Shown here: one piece after another, positions 11,101 through 19,344 of the stretch | How positions within the stretch are numbered: the first letter of the stretch is position 1 | Layout: every line of letters starts with the position of its first letter | Source of the DNA: a virus | Lineage: Duplodnaviria; Caudoviricetes | IMG/VR virus record: IMGVR_UViG_3300034061_005995 | Coordinates: 3,869 to 67,868 of that record | Reading direction: 5' to 3' (one strand) | DNA length: 64,000 nucleotides | The notes under the pieces: generated by a model | Told to the model about the DNA's origin: nothing | The model's database searches: none | Seen by the model: only the letters and a program-made list of their open reading frames with translations | Position numbers and translations under genes: made by a program

Positions 11101-12039
11101 TCATTAACATTATTTAGTTCAGATAACTCACAATTTAGTATTTCTGCAGTTACTGGTGTATATTTAACAGGTGGAACATATTTTAGTGCAACATCCCAAT
11201 TAGAATTATATAATTCTACTGGTGGTACTTTAATAATTACAGGTATTACTGCTGGTACTGGTGGTGGTGGTTCAGGAACATCTGGAACTTCAGGTAGTTC
11301 GGGCTCAAGTGGTAGTAGTGGCACAAGCGGAACAAGTCCAATTGGAACATCATCATTAGTGCTATATACAAATTCTGGGGTTACAATTACAAATTCTGCA
11401 GCAGAAATTACAATAATTAGTGAAATAATACCGCCGAATACTTTAAATAATAATGGTGAGAGTATAGATTTGGTTGCGGCTGATACATACTTAAACAGAA
11501 CTGGAAGCAACCAAAGCTATACATTAAGATTTAAATTTAATGGTACTACAATCTATGCCGACACAACAGGAACCATAGCAACAAATACGGTCGGTAGAGC
11601 GGTTGGTATGTTCGGTAAATTAGTTAGAAGTTCTGAAACATCTTGTGACTTAATTGTTCAAGTGACTATTGATAACGCAGGCACGGCAACAACAGGTAAT
11701 GGAGATTTAGGCGCAACATCGATTAGAAATGTTGTAATACAAGGTACATCTGGGTTTTCATTTAATTGGTCAACTGGTGCAACATTTGAATGTTCAATTC
11801 AATTATCTGCAGCAAATACAGGATATACATATACTCACCTTTGGCATACGCTAACAACTGGTGGCCCACAAGGTTCAAGTGGAAGCTCAGGAACTTCAGG
11901 TAGTAGTGGAATTTCTGGCTCAAGTGGTAGTTCTGGAACTTCAGGTAGTAGTGGTACAAGTAGTGTCAATATAACATATGGTACAGCAGCACCAACTGGT
12001 GGAAATGATGGTGATGTATATTTACAATATACACCTTAA
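8167..12039 (+). CDS. Long fibre/surface protein with Gly-Ser-Ser/Gly-Thr-Ser collagen-like repeats
   Basis: 1290 aa with five G-X-S triplet blocks, a repeated 'LTGGTYFSATSxLELY' motif, and a C-terminal 'GTAAPTGGNDGDVYLQY' motif typical of phage fibres. Confidence 0.75.
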   Translation: MPFIYKNPLTSTQLSSAFSVPRTSVQATNFSNSTVGGWQEFANISDLDLFFSGTGLQQWSNVKLPINITIGSGVFNPTFITLNSDNFSSGRRKIGMAVYVHETDSIYQYQIDNYETLWTAATASTGTVTINSYDTVVRNNSPAGQTFINSWTANTIEGINGVTRENARWRLLAQNCCLTGGTYFSATSTLELYQQNGEVITITGITAGSGGSPLTVEDSLTTVNNVNKIIISGATVINQGPGEVLIFFNTSGNGTSGTSGSSGISGSSGSSGTSGSSGTSGSSGVSGSSGSSGTSGSSGVSGSSGSSGTSGNSGTSGSSGSSGTSGSSGVSGSSGSSGTSGNSGTSGSSGSSGTSGNSGTSGSSGSSGSSGTSGSSGVSGSSGSSGTSGSSGTSGSSGSSGTSGSSGTSGSSGSSGSSGSNGSSGTSGSSGLSGSSGTSGSSGSSGTSGISGTSGVNGSSGTSGSSGTSGVSPIYVGSSNNCISLSSLTISSAITLTANTGLAYTIGQSILVANSPTSNFKGSVSSYNSITGELTLIVTEITGTGTFCTWQLNLAGAVGSNGSSGTSGSSGSNGSSGSSGSSGTSGSSGSSGSSGSSGTSGSSGISGSSGSSGSSGTSGSSGSNGSSGTSGSSGSSGSSGSSGTSGSSGSSGSSGSSGTSGSSGISGSSGSSGSSGTSGSSGSNGSSGSSGTSGSSGTSGTSGENGISAGRVYYFNLSENSDVVGYKILSENPTTATTQTVFKVVSGNTQNVLIEQFITDELGFNIIPAGVQRFFLYYLKESQNTNMQAYLTLELANSGGTSYGVVLTANTETIGWNFGNPAETVIEIVFSTTNINPTDRLICKLYVNNLDSTDRDTTFYTENGTYSFVITSVGQVAGTSGSSGSSGTSGNSGTSGSSGSSGSSGTSGSSGVSGSSGSSGTSGSSGTSGSSGSSGTSGSSGTSGSSGSSGISGSSGTSGSSGSSGISITGGTYNIPTASLTLFSSDNSQFSISAVTGVYLTGGTYFSATSQLELYNSTGGTLIITGITAGTGGGGSGTSGTSGSSGSSGSSGTSGTSPIGTSSLVLYTNSGVTITNSAAEITIISEIIPPNTLNNNGESIDLVAADTYLNRTGSNQSYTLRFKFNGTTIYADTTGTIATNTVGRAVGMFGKLVRSSETSCDLIVQVTIDNAGTATTGNGDLGATSIRNVVIQGTSGFSFNWSTGATFECSIQLSAANTGYTYTHLWHTLTTGGPQGSSGSSGTSGSSGISGSSGSSGTSGSSGTSSVNITYGTAAPTGGNDGDVYLQYTP
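8920..11960 (+). repeat. Low-complexity G-X-S coding tandem repeats (blocks ~8920-9580, 9840-10280, 10795-11065, 11270-11340, 11870-11960)
   Basis: 9-nt-period repeats; near-exact duplication at 180-nt offset (9901-10050 vs 10081-10230); 9221-9400 recurs at about 10821-11000. Confidence 0.9.
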
Positions 12040-12057
12040 TGATATATATTATATAAT

Positions 12058-12924
12058 ATGGCAGCAATTACAGATTTAAATGATTTAATACAAATAAGTT
12101 CAGCATCAGCTGGAACTGAAAATATAATATGGACAATTGGTACAACTTTGTCAGGAACAACAACACCCATAGTTAACCCATCCGTTGGTTTTAGTAAATG
12201 GTTATTTGATGGGGCTCCAGGAAGAGGTCAAGTTCCAACAACTGCAGCAACAATTTGTACAAATACTACTGCAGGTGGATTAATGCAATCAACAACATCA
12301 TCGGGTAAAGAAAAATATTTAATTCAACATGGAGTATATGGAACAAATTCAGCTTCAATCGGAACATGGATGTTATATGATAGATTGGTTCATGCTGGAG
12401 GTTATGATGCAAATATAACATCTGTTCAAAATATTAATACCCCAGCATTAACCAGATATAGTGGAAGTTCAAGTGTTGGTAATAGAATAATGGTTGAAAT
12501 TTATTCAGAAGTTGGTGGCATAGGACGAGTATTACAAATAAATTATACAAACCAAGATGGCGTATCAGGTAGAACCTCATTTTCAAGAATTGGTGTAAGT
12601 GCTTCAATTAAAAATGCTGGTAATGCTTATATATGTACACTATATAGTGGAGATACTGGAGTTAGAAGTATTGAAAGTGTACAGATATTGGTAGGTGGTA
12701 CAGGTGTTGCTGGAAATTTTGGTGTTAGTATTATTAGACCATTATCAGCAGTCCAAGTATTACCATCAATGTCAGCAGGTATTAAAGACTTTGCAACAGG
12801 GCAACCTGGAATTCCAAAAATTGAAAGTGATGCATGTTTAACTTATATATATTATTCAGCAGTATCATCAGCAGCATCAAACTTTGAAGATGCATTTGGA
12901 GTTTTATCACTAATTGAGAAATAA
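12058..12924 (+). CDS. Fibre-associated protein, paralog 1 of 3
   Basis: Shares 'MLYDRLVH', 'YTNQDGVSG', 'GDTGVRSIESVQ' and 'IPxIxSxACL' with the next two genes. Confidence 0.65.
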   Translation: MAAITDLNDLIQISSASAGTENIIWTIGTTLSGTTTPIVNPSVGFSKWLFDGAPGRGQVPTTAATICTNTTAGGLMQSTTSSGKEKYLIQHGVYGTNSASIGTWMLYDRLVHAGGYDANITSVQNINTPALTRYSGSSSVGNRIMVEIYSEVGGIGRVLQINYTNQDGVSGRTSFSRIGVSASIKNAGNAYICTLYSGDTGVRSIESVQILVGGTGVAGNFGVSIIRPLSAVQVLPSMSAGIKDFATGQPGIPKIESDACLTYIYYSAVSSAASNFEDAFGVLSLIEK

Positions 12925-12925
12925 T

Positions 12926-13786
12926 ATGGCACAATTAACAGATTTATCAGATATAATTAATAGATTAACTGGTGGAAATTCAGGTTCACCACAAACATTT
13001 TTTTTTATTAAACAACCATTTATAAATGGTGTTTCAATTTCAAATGCTGCAACTGCAAATAGATGGCAAAGTCTTTGGTTAATAGATGGTGCACCAAGTG
13101 GCGGTAATATTCCAGTAAGTGCTGAAACTTGCACAAATACCACAATTGGTGGATTAAAACAACTTAATCCAAACTCAGACCAACAACAATGGATGACCAA
13201 TTTTAACGCAACAATATCACAAAATAATGGAATTATAATGTTATATGATAGATTGGTACATTCTGGAGGTTATGTAGCAAATACCACTTCAGTTCAAACT
13301 GTTAATACACCCACATTAACAAGATATAGTGGAACTTCAAGTGTCGGTAATCAAATATTAGTTGAGATTTATTCAAATATTGGTACAACTGCGAGGATTT
13401 TAACAATAACATATACAAATCAAGACGGTGTATCAGGTAAAACAACAACTGTTGAAATTGGCTCAACCACTGGCAATACCCAATCTGCAGCGTGGTTACC
13501 AATTTTAGCATCTGGTGATACTGGAGTTAGAAGTATTGAAAGTGTTCAATTAAATGGTTCAACAACAACAGCTGGTAATTTTGGTGTTAGTATTATAAGG
13601 CCAATAATTATGAGCGATAGTATGTTAAATTTAGGTTCAAATCAATATTTAACAACAGGTATTCCATCAATACCTGAAATAAAATCTGGTGCTTGTTTAG
13701 CATTTTTAATTAATCTAACCAACGCATCAACAGGTGCCGATTATGTTAATAGTTTTAATGGCCATATACAATTAATAAATAAATAA
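12926..13786 (+). CDS. Fibre-associated protein, paralog 2 of 3
   Basis: Start placed at ATG 12926 (MAQLTDL), matching MAAITDL of paralog 1. Same conserved motifs. Confidence 0.65.
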   Translation: MAQLTDLSDIINRLTGGNSGSPQTFFFIKQPFINGVSISNAATANRWQSLWLIDGAPSGGNIPVSAETCTNTTIGGLKQLNPNSDQQQWMTNFNATISQNNGIIMLYDRLVHSGGYVANTTSVQTVNTPTLTRYSGTSSVGNQILVEIYSNIGTTARILTITYTNQDGVSGKTTTVEIGSTTGNTQSAAWLPILASGDTGVRSIESVQLNGSTTTAGNFGVSIIRPIIMSDSMLNLGSNQYLTTGIPSIPEIKSGACLAFLINLTNASTGADYVNSFNGHIQLINK

Positions 13787-13787
13787 T

Positions 13788-14642
13788 ATGCTTAGATTAA
13801 GTTCATATACAGAATATTATAATACATTATCAGATTATAATACATTTAATACATATTCATCTCGAACAGGTCAAATTGGTAACAGAATGATTGATGGTTT
13901 TTATTCACAAACATATCCAAGTGGAACAGCACCTACGGTTTATAATTCAATAACTCCAAGAACAATGACAAAAAATGATGTTGGAGCAATACCACTACCT
14001 TTAATTTCTAACGGTGGATTTTTGAATATTTTAGGATATCAAAATTCAACAACCGCAATATCAAATGTCCATATTGTATTTGATAGGTTAGTTGAAGTTG
14101 GTGCTATTAGCGCAAATAGTACTTCATTACAGACTTTTAGCACTGGTACATTACCAAGATATCAAAATGATAAAAATATTGTTTGTATTGTTGAACCTGG
14201 AACAAATTTAGCTTCTGGGACTCAACAAAGAGCAACACTTACGTATACAAACCAAGATGGTGTATCAGGTAGAACTGGATTTTGTTCAATAGGTGGTGGT
14301 GACTTTGGAACAACACATAGTGCAAGATTTCTTAGATTGCAAGCAGGAGATAGTGGAGTTAGGTCTGTTGAAAGTTTACAACTTGATGGTACAATTTTAG
14401 CAACTGCAAATAGAATTAATATTGTATTAGCAAAATGTCATGGAATGTTTGTTAGTTCAGGTGTATTAATGAATAATACATCAGCATTTGCAAATTTAAT
14501 AAATGGCAATATGGTTGGTGGATTAACTAATATTCATAGCGATGCCTGTTTATTTTTTGTTAGAGCGATATTTAACGTAACTGGTTTTAATGACGGTACA
14601 ATCATGGGTAATGTTATAATTAAAGAAAATTATGAGATATAA
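13788..14642 (+). CDS. Fibre-associated protein, paralog 3 of 3 (more divergent)
   Basis: 'FDRLV', 'YTNQDGVSGRT', 'LQAGDSGVRSVESLQL', 'IHSDACL'. Confidence 0.65.
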   Translation: MLRLSSYTEYYNTLSDYNTFNTYSSRTGQIGNRMIDGFYSQTYPSGTAPTVYNSITPRTMTKNDVGAIPLPLISNGGFLNILGYQNSTTAISNVHIVFDRLVEVGAISANSTSLQTFSTGTLPRYQNDKNIVCIVEPGTNLASGTQQRATLTYTNQDGVSGRTGFCSIGGGDFGTTHSARFLRLQAGDSGVRSVESLQLDGTILATANRINIVLAKCHGMFVSSGVLMNNTSAFANLINGNMVGGLTNIHSDACLFFVRAIFNVTGFNDGTIMGNVIIKENYEI

Positions 14643-14829
14643 TAGATTTTTTACAAGTGATATTGCAATAGAAGTTAAAACTATCCCAATTGAAGCTCCC
14701 GCAACAACGGGTAATAAATTTTGGGTCAAAATTAGTGGTGTTTGGAAAGAAGCTATAACTTGGGTTAATGTTATGGGTACTTGGAAAATTGCAACACCAT
14801 TTTATAAAATTGGAGGTATTTGGAAATGA
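14632..14829 (+). CDS. Small protein with three (W/Y)-x-K/N-x-x-G-x-W-K repeats
   Basis: FWVKISGVWK / TWVNVMGTWK / FYKIGGIWK, a motif seen in phage fibre tips. Confidence 0.6.
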   Translation: MRYNRFFTSDIAIEVKTIPIEAPATTGNKFWVKISGVWKEAITWVNVMGTWKIATPFYKIGGIWK

Positions 14830-15110
14830 AAATTGAGAATTATATAACTGATAATGGAAAATTAGCTAATAGACTTGAGTTAGAAACTTCTTTTTATTAT
14901 TTAAGTCAATGGTTTAATATTATTGCATATTTCTATAATGATGAGGTATTGGTATCTGTAAAAGAAATTGATATAACACCAAAAGAGGTTGATGTTTGGA
15001 TGGATATGGCCAAACAATACCCTGAAAAAGCAACATTTTTAAATTTTAGTTTAATTACTCAATGGTTTTGTGAAACATATAATGTCACTATTATTGATTT
15101 AGAGATTTAA
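14826..15110 (+). CDS. Hypothetical protein
   Basis: ~94 aa ORF coupled by an ATGA overlap to the previous gene. Confidence 0.55.
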   Translation: MKIENYITDNGKLANRLELETSFYYLSQWFNIIAYFYNDEVLVSVKEIDITPKEVDVWMDMAKQYPEKATFLNFSLITQWFCETYNVTIIDLEI

Positions 15111-17379
15111 TTATTTCATTAAATACTTGAATGGGTTGTATTGATTTTTGGCAAATATGTTGTTTATTTGTACCTTTATAAATTGGGCACCAATCCCAAT
15201 CACCAGCATCAAAAACAAAAGTTTCGTGATTCCAGCAAAATATACAATTATCATTATAAATTTTTGTAATATTTGTACTAAATTCATGACCATCTTTAGA
15301 AAAACCATTAATCATATATGTATGTTTATTTAAGGCCCAATTAAGCCAAGATAATCCAGAACCAAGGCCAACAAATCCTGAAGCGTTTTGTAAAATATTT
15401 GCAACATAATTTAAAGATTTACCCCAAATATTTTTTGTGTTTGGTATATTAAATTTATTTTTAGTTATGCTAATAACATCATAACCAATTTCATTCAATA
15501 ATTTAGCTAAAATTGGCCAATACTCATACGGCCATTCTTTACAACCAGCTGTGGAATTTGGTGCAAATACAAAATATGGTTTATTAAAAGATATATTTTC
15601 ATTTTTAACATTTATTCCATAATTAAGTTCATAAAAATCTAACCCTAAAACATCTGTTGCAGTTTGTTGTAAAGGTATTAAATTAACTTGGTTTTTATTT
15701 CTATCAGTATCATCCCATTTACCATCTTTTTTAAACCAACCAATTTTATAAACAGTTTTACAGTTAACTGTACTACCTGGGGTTACAAATTTAACATCAT
15801 TATATTCTGGTAAACCTTCAAAAAAACTATTATAAAATGTTGATAAAATCACATTACAATTATGTTTTTTCCCAAAATCTACAGCGTATGGTACCCAAGC
15901 AATATTATCACCTAAAGATTTTGACTCAATAGATATTAAAACATTTTGATTTTCTAAAGAAAATTCATCATAAATCTGATTATTTATTTTTATTTGCCAT
16001 GGTACATAATATTTTATACCACAAGCTATCCACATATTATTATGTATAACTCCTGAGTAAAAAATGTGTCCTGTTGATTTATCAATAAATTCTACATAAT
16101 ATTCGGTATTATAATCTCCAATAATTTCAACTCTTGGACCATCAATATACGAGATATAAATTTTATTATCATCATTTTTTTTATTATTTTGATTTTTAAT
16201 CAAAAAATCTTGTATTTCTAAAATAGCATTTTTAGCAACTCTATCCCAATTAAAGTTTTCAGCAATTATTATTGATTCATTTAATGCTTTATTCTTATAA
16301 TATTCAAAATTCTGATATGATTCTCGTATTTTATCTTTTAAATCTTCAAAATCTGGTTCATAATAATTACCAACAATTTTATTAAAATGATTATAATAAC
16401 TATTTGATGCTGGTAATTCACCAATAATTTTCACTGGTAATCCTAACCCTTCAGCAAATTCTAATTGACCTGAACAATTAGAATATATTGAAGGTATACC
16501 ACAAGCCATAGCTTCAATTAATGGTAAATTCCAACCTTCAGAACGGGCACAAGATAAAAATACATTACAAGATTTTAAAATTGATATATATTCTTCTTTA
16601 GAAGGAAAATTTAAAATTTTAATTCTGCTATCATTTAAACCATAAAAGTCTAATCTTTCTTTAGTATTTTTTAACCCATCATTTGAAAATGGGTTATCAA
16701 TTGATACTATTAAATCAACAGGTTCACTTTTATCAAATGACTCTAAAAAAGCCTTTATAATTTCAAGAGTTGATTTACGATAATCCCACCTACCCACTAA
16801 AAAAAATTTAAATCTACCGTCAGATGTTAAATTATGTTTAACATTTTCAGGAAAAAACAAATCAATATTAACACCTTCAGGAACAACTCGAATTTTATCT
16901 TCAGGGTATCCTTGTTTAATAGTAACTTCTTTTTGCCATTTTGATGGAACCCATAGTTCATCAAATTCTTTTAATTTATTAAAAAAATCTTCTGGTTGTA
17001 ATGTAGATTCCCAAACGTTATATGCAATTTTAGGTCCAACATATTTATCATAAAAAACGTGATGATAAGTCTCGCATAAAACAATATTTAAATCTTGATG
17101 AAAATTTTTAAATTCTTCAGGATATATTACATAATCACTTCTTGAGTCATCTTTATTAAATAAAATTTGTTGATATAGAATTTTTTTATCGACATCATTA
17201 ATATATGGCTCATTATTATGGGGTTCTAAATTATAACCTGACCAACTATTTCCAACTGAAAAATTTCTAAATTTAACATTTGCGTAATTGGATAAGGCTC
17301 TAAAAAATTCTCTTGTATGTTCGTTATAACCAGTTGTTCCTATATATGAACCATGGCCAAAAATATTAATTTTACGCAT
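15091..17379 (-). CDS. Fusion glycosyltransferase: GT4-like domain + Aah/TibC-like (autotransporter heptosyltransferase family) domain
   Basis: N-half has 'WVPSKWQ', 'GRWDYRK', 'RSEGWNLPLIEAMACGIP' (GT4). C-half has 'SKSLGDNIAWVPY', 'GFVGLGSGLSWLNWAL' and a terminal C-x2-C-x15-C-x11-C ('CIFCWN...WDWCP...ICQKSI'). Confidence 0.8.
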   Translation of the reverse strand: MRKINIFGHGSYIGTTGYNEHTREFFRALSNYANVKFRNFSVGNSWSGYNLEPHNNEPYINDVDKKILYQQILFNKDDSRSDYVIYPEEFKNFHQDLNIVLCETYHHVFYDKYVGPKIAYNVWESTLQPEDFFNKLKEFDELWVPSKWQKEVTIKQGYPEDKIRVVPEGVNIDLFFPENVKHNLTSDGRFKFFLVGRWDYRKSTLEIIKAFLESFDKSEPVDLIVSIDNPFSNDGLKNTKERLDFYGLNDSRIKILNFPSKEEYISILKSCNVFLSCARSEGWNLPLIEAMACGIPSIYSNCSGQLEFAEGLGLPVKIIGELPASNSYYNHFNKIVGNYYEPDFEDLKDKIRESYQNFEYYKNKALNESIIIAENFNWDRVAKNAILEIQDFLIKNQNNKKNDDNKIYISYIDGPRVEIIGDYNTEYYVEFIDKSTGHIFYSGVIHNNMWIACGIKYYVPWQIKINNQIYDEFSLENQNVLISIESKSLGDNIAWVPYAVDFGKKHNCNVILSTFYNSFFEGLPEYNDVKFVTPGSTVNCKTVYKIGWFKKDGKWDDTDRNKNQVNLIPLQQTATDVLGLDFYELNYGINVKNENISFNKPYFVFAPNSTAGCKEWPYEYWPILAKLLNEIGYDVISITKNKFNIPNTKNIWGKSLNYVANILQNASGFVGLGSGLSWLNWALNKHTYMINGFSKDGHEFSTNITKIYNDNCIFCWNHETFVFDAGDWDWCPIYKGTNKQHICQKSIQPIQVFNEIIKSLNQ

Positions 17380-17385
17380 ATACTA

Positions 17386-17414
17386 AATATACATTTACTT
17401 TTTCATAAAATCAA
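17386..17414 (-). promoter_or_regulatory. Putative sigma70-type promoter
   Basis: Minus strand TTGATT-N17-TATATT, 6 nt upstream of the ATG at 17379. Confidence 0.5.
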
Positions 17415-17418
17415 CTAA

Positions 17419-18351
17419 ATGGAGATTATGAGAAAATTGGCATTAATTTCTTCATTTTGTGATACACAATTAAAAAAAGAAATTTTGTTAAAAAACTTGA
17501 GTATTCTTAAATCTTTAGGTGTTGATACTTTATTAATAAGTCCTTTAACATTAGATGAATCAATTATAAATAATTGTGATTTTTATTTTAATACTAAAGA
17601 GAATCCTATACTTACATGGCCTCAAAGAATTTATGACCATTGGCTAATAACTAAAGATGATTCAGGTAAAAATATAAAATTACATAGAGGGTTACCAGAT
17701 TATGGCTGGGCGGCAATGTATCAATTAAAAAAATTGATACAGATTGGGTTAAGTTTCGAATATGATTTATATTACCCGATGATATATGATTTAAATATAA
17801 ATGATTTTGTAGTCAATGAAATTAATTCAAACACCCAAGATATATTTTATAGAAGAGTTGACCCAAAAAATAATACAAATTTTTGGTCAGCAACTTTACA
17901 TTTCATGTCATTAACAAGGAATAAATTAGAAATAATTGAAAAATTAATAACTTTAGATAGTTACTTGCAAAAAAGCGATTTTCCTGAAAAACATGCAGAA
18001 ACTTGGGCTAAAAATTTAAATATAACATTATCTGAAAATGCTGTATCTGACAGCATATTTTATTGGGAAAACATTAATTTTTTTAACTATTCAGTAGATA
18101 ATGATTACTGTTTATTTTTTAATAAAAACGATGATATTTTTAATAAGTTATGTTTATTTGTATATAATGTAAATAAAAATTGTGATATTAAAATATCAAT
18201 AAATAATAAAATATATAATTATTCAAATTTTATACAGACTGATTACAATTTTAATGATGTTAATAATTTTGAAATTATAAAAAATAACATTTCAATAAAC
18301 TATACAAAAGAATATCAAAATTCAATAAGAAATTTAATATATTATGAATGA
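17419..18351 (+). CDS. Hypothetical protein in the glycosylation cluster (possible GT-A-like)
   Basis: 310 aa; 'YGWAA...YDLYYPMIYD' loosely resembles phage GT-associated proteins. Called mainly from context. Confidence 0.45.
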   Translation: MEIMRKLALISSFCDTQLKKEILLKNLSILKSLGVDTLLISPLTLDESIINNCDFYFNTKENPILTWPQRIYDHWLITKDDSGKNIKLHRGLPDYGWAAMYQLKKLIQIGLSFEYDLYYPMIYDLNINDFVVNEINSNTQDIFYRRVDPKNNTNFWSATLHFMSLTRNKLEIIEKLITLDSYLQKSDFPEKHAETWAKNLNITLSENAVSDSIFYWENINFFNYSVDNDYCLFFNKNDDIFNKLCLFVYNVNKNCDIKISINNKIYNYSNFIQTDYNFNDVNNFEIIKNNISINYTKEYQNSIRNLIYYE

Positions 18352-19321
18352 TTTAATCTTTGTAACCGCACAACCAGATGTTGAATATTTTCACTGGCAA
18401 TGTGAAATATACGGATATAATTTTACAAAAATGGGTATTAAAAAAAATAATATTCATATGATTTTTGCATTAGTTAATGGCGCAACTGAACCTTCTGAAG
18501 GTGTAAAATATTTAAAAAACATTGGTTATAATGTACATTATTATATTGATAATAGAGATTCTAAACATTACATTCCAAGTATAAAACCTTATTTAATATC
18601 AAAATGGTTGGAAGAATTTCCAGAATATGGTAAATTGTTTTTTTTACACGATGCTGATATCATATTTAGAGTACTACCTGATTTAAGCAAATATCTTAAA
18701 GATGATATTTGTTATATGTCCGATACCAGAAGTTATATCGGATACAATTATATTTCAGATTGTTGTGGTAGATATGAAGCACAACACCCAACATCTGAAA
18801 AATTACAATTACTAAATGAAATGTGTAATGTTATTGGATTAGATATTGATTGCGTTAGAAATAACCAAGATAATTCTGGTGGTGGGCAATATATCATTAA
18901 AAAAACATCTGCAGAGGATTGGAATAAAATATATAGAGATTCTAATACTTTATATAATACAATGTTGGATTATCAAAATAGATTTCCAATAAATCCTGGA
19001 CAAATACAATTTTGGACTGCAGAAATGTGGTCTCTTCTATGGAATTTATGGTGTTTTGGTAAAGATACAAAATTAATTAGCGAATTAGATTTTTCATGGG
19101 CAACTGATAATATTGAAACTTATGAAAAAAAACCAATATTACATATGGCTGGAGTTACTGATAATTTGAAAGGTGTTAAATTTTATAAAGGTGATTTTAT
19201 CGCAACGAATCCCATTAAAAAGTTAGAAGAAGATATTAACTATTTTAACTATATTGATATAAATAGTTCAACAACAAAATATATTGAAATTATGAAAGAA
19301 ATTTTATTATCTAAAAATTAA
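18344..19321 (+). CDS. GT-A glycosyltransferase resembling HPAT/SERGT1 (GT95/GT96) protein O-glycosyltransferases
   Basis: 'YFHWQ', 'YIPSIKPYLISKWL', DxD in 'LHDADIIF', 'GGGQYII' and 'WTAEMWS' parallel the Y..WQ, N(R/K)P...WL and W..EMY motifs of that family. Confidence 0.6.
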   Translation: MNDLIFVTAQPDVEYFHWQCEIYGYNFTKMGIKKNNIHMIFALVNGATEPSEGVKYLKNIGYNVHYYIDNRDSKHYIPSIKPYLISKWLEEFPEYGKLFFLHDADIIFRVLPDLSKYLKDDICYMSDTRSYIGYNYISDCCGRYEAQHPTSEKLQLLNEMCNVIGLDIDCVRNNQDNSGGGQYIIKKTSAEDWNKIYRDSNTLYNTMLDYQNRFPINPGQIQFWTAEMWSLLWNLWCFGKDTKLISELDFSWATDNIETYEKKPILHMAGVTDNLKGVKFYKGDFIATNPIKKLEEDINYFNYIDINSSTTKYIEIMKEILLSKN

Positions 19322-19344
19322 GAATAGAATATTTATATTAAATT

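Noticed and set aside
8880-11959. Alternative-frame and antisense ORFs (PELPLEP-, VVEVQV- and FHLNLK-rich) over the fibre gene
   Set aside because: They are by-products of the stop-free 9-nt-period G-X-S repeats and have no independent signals.
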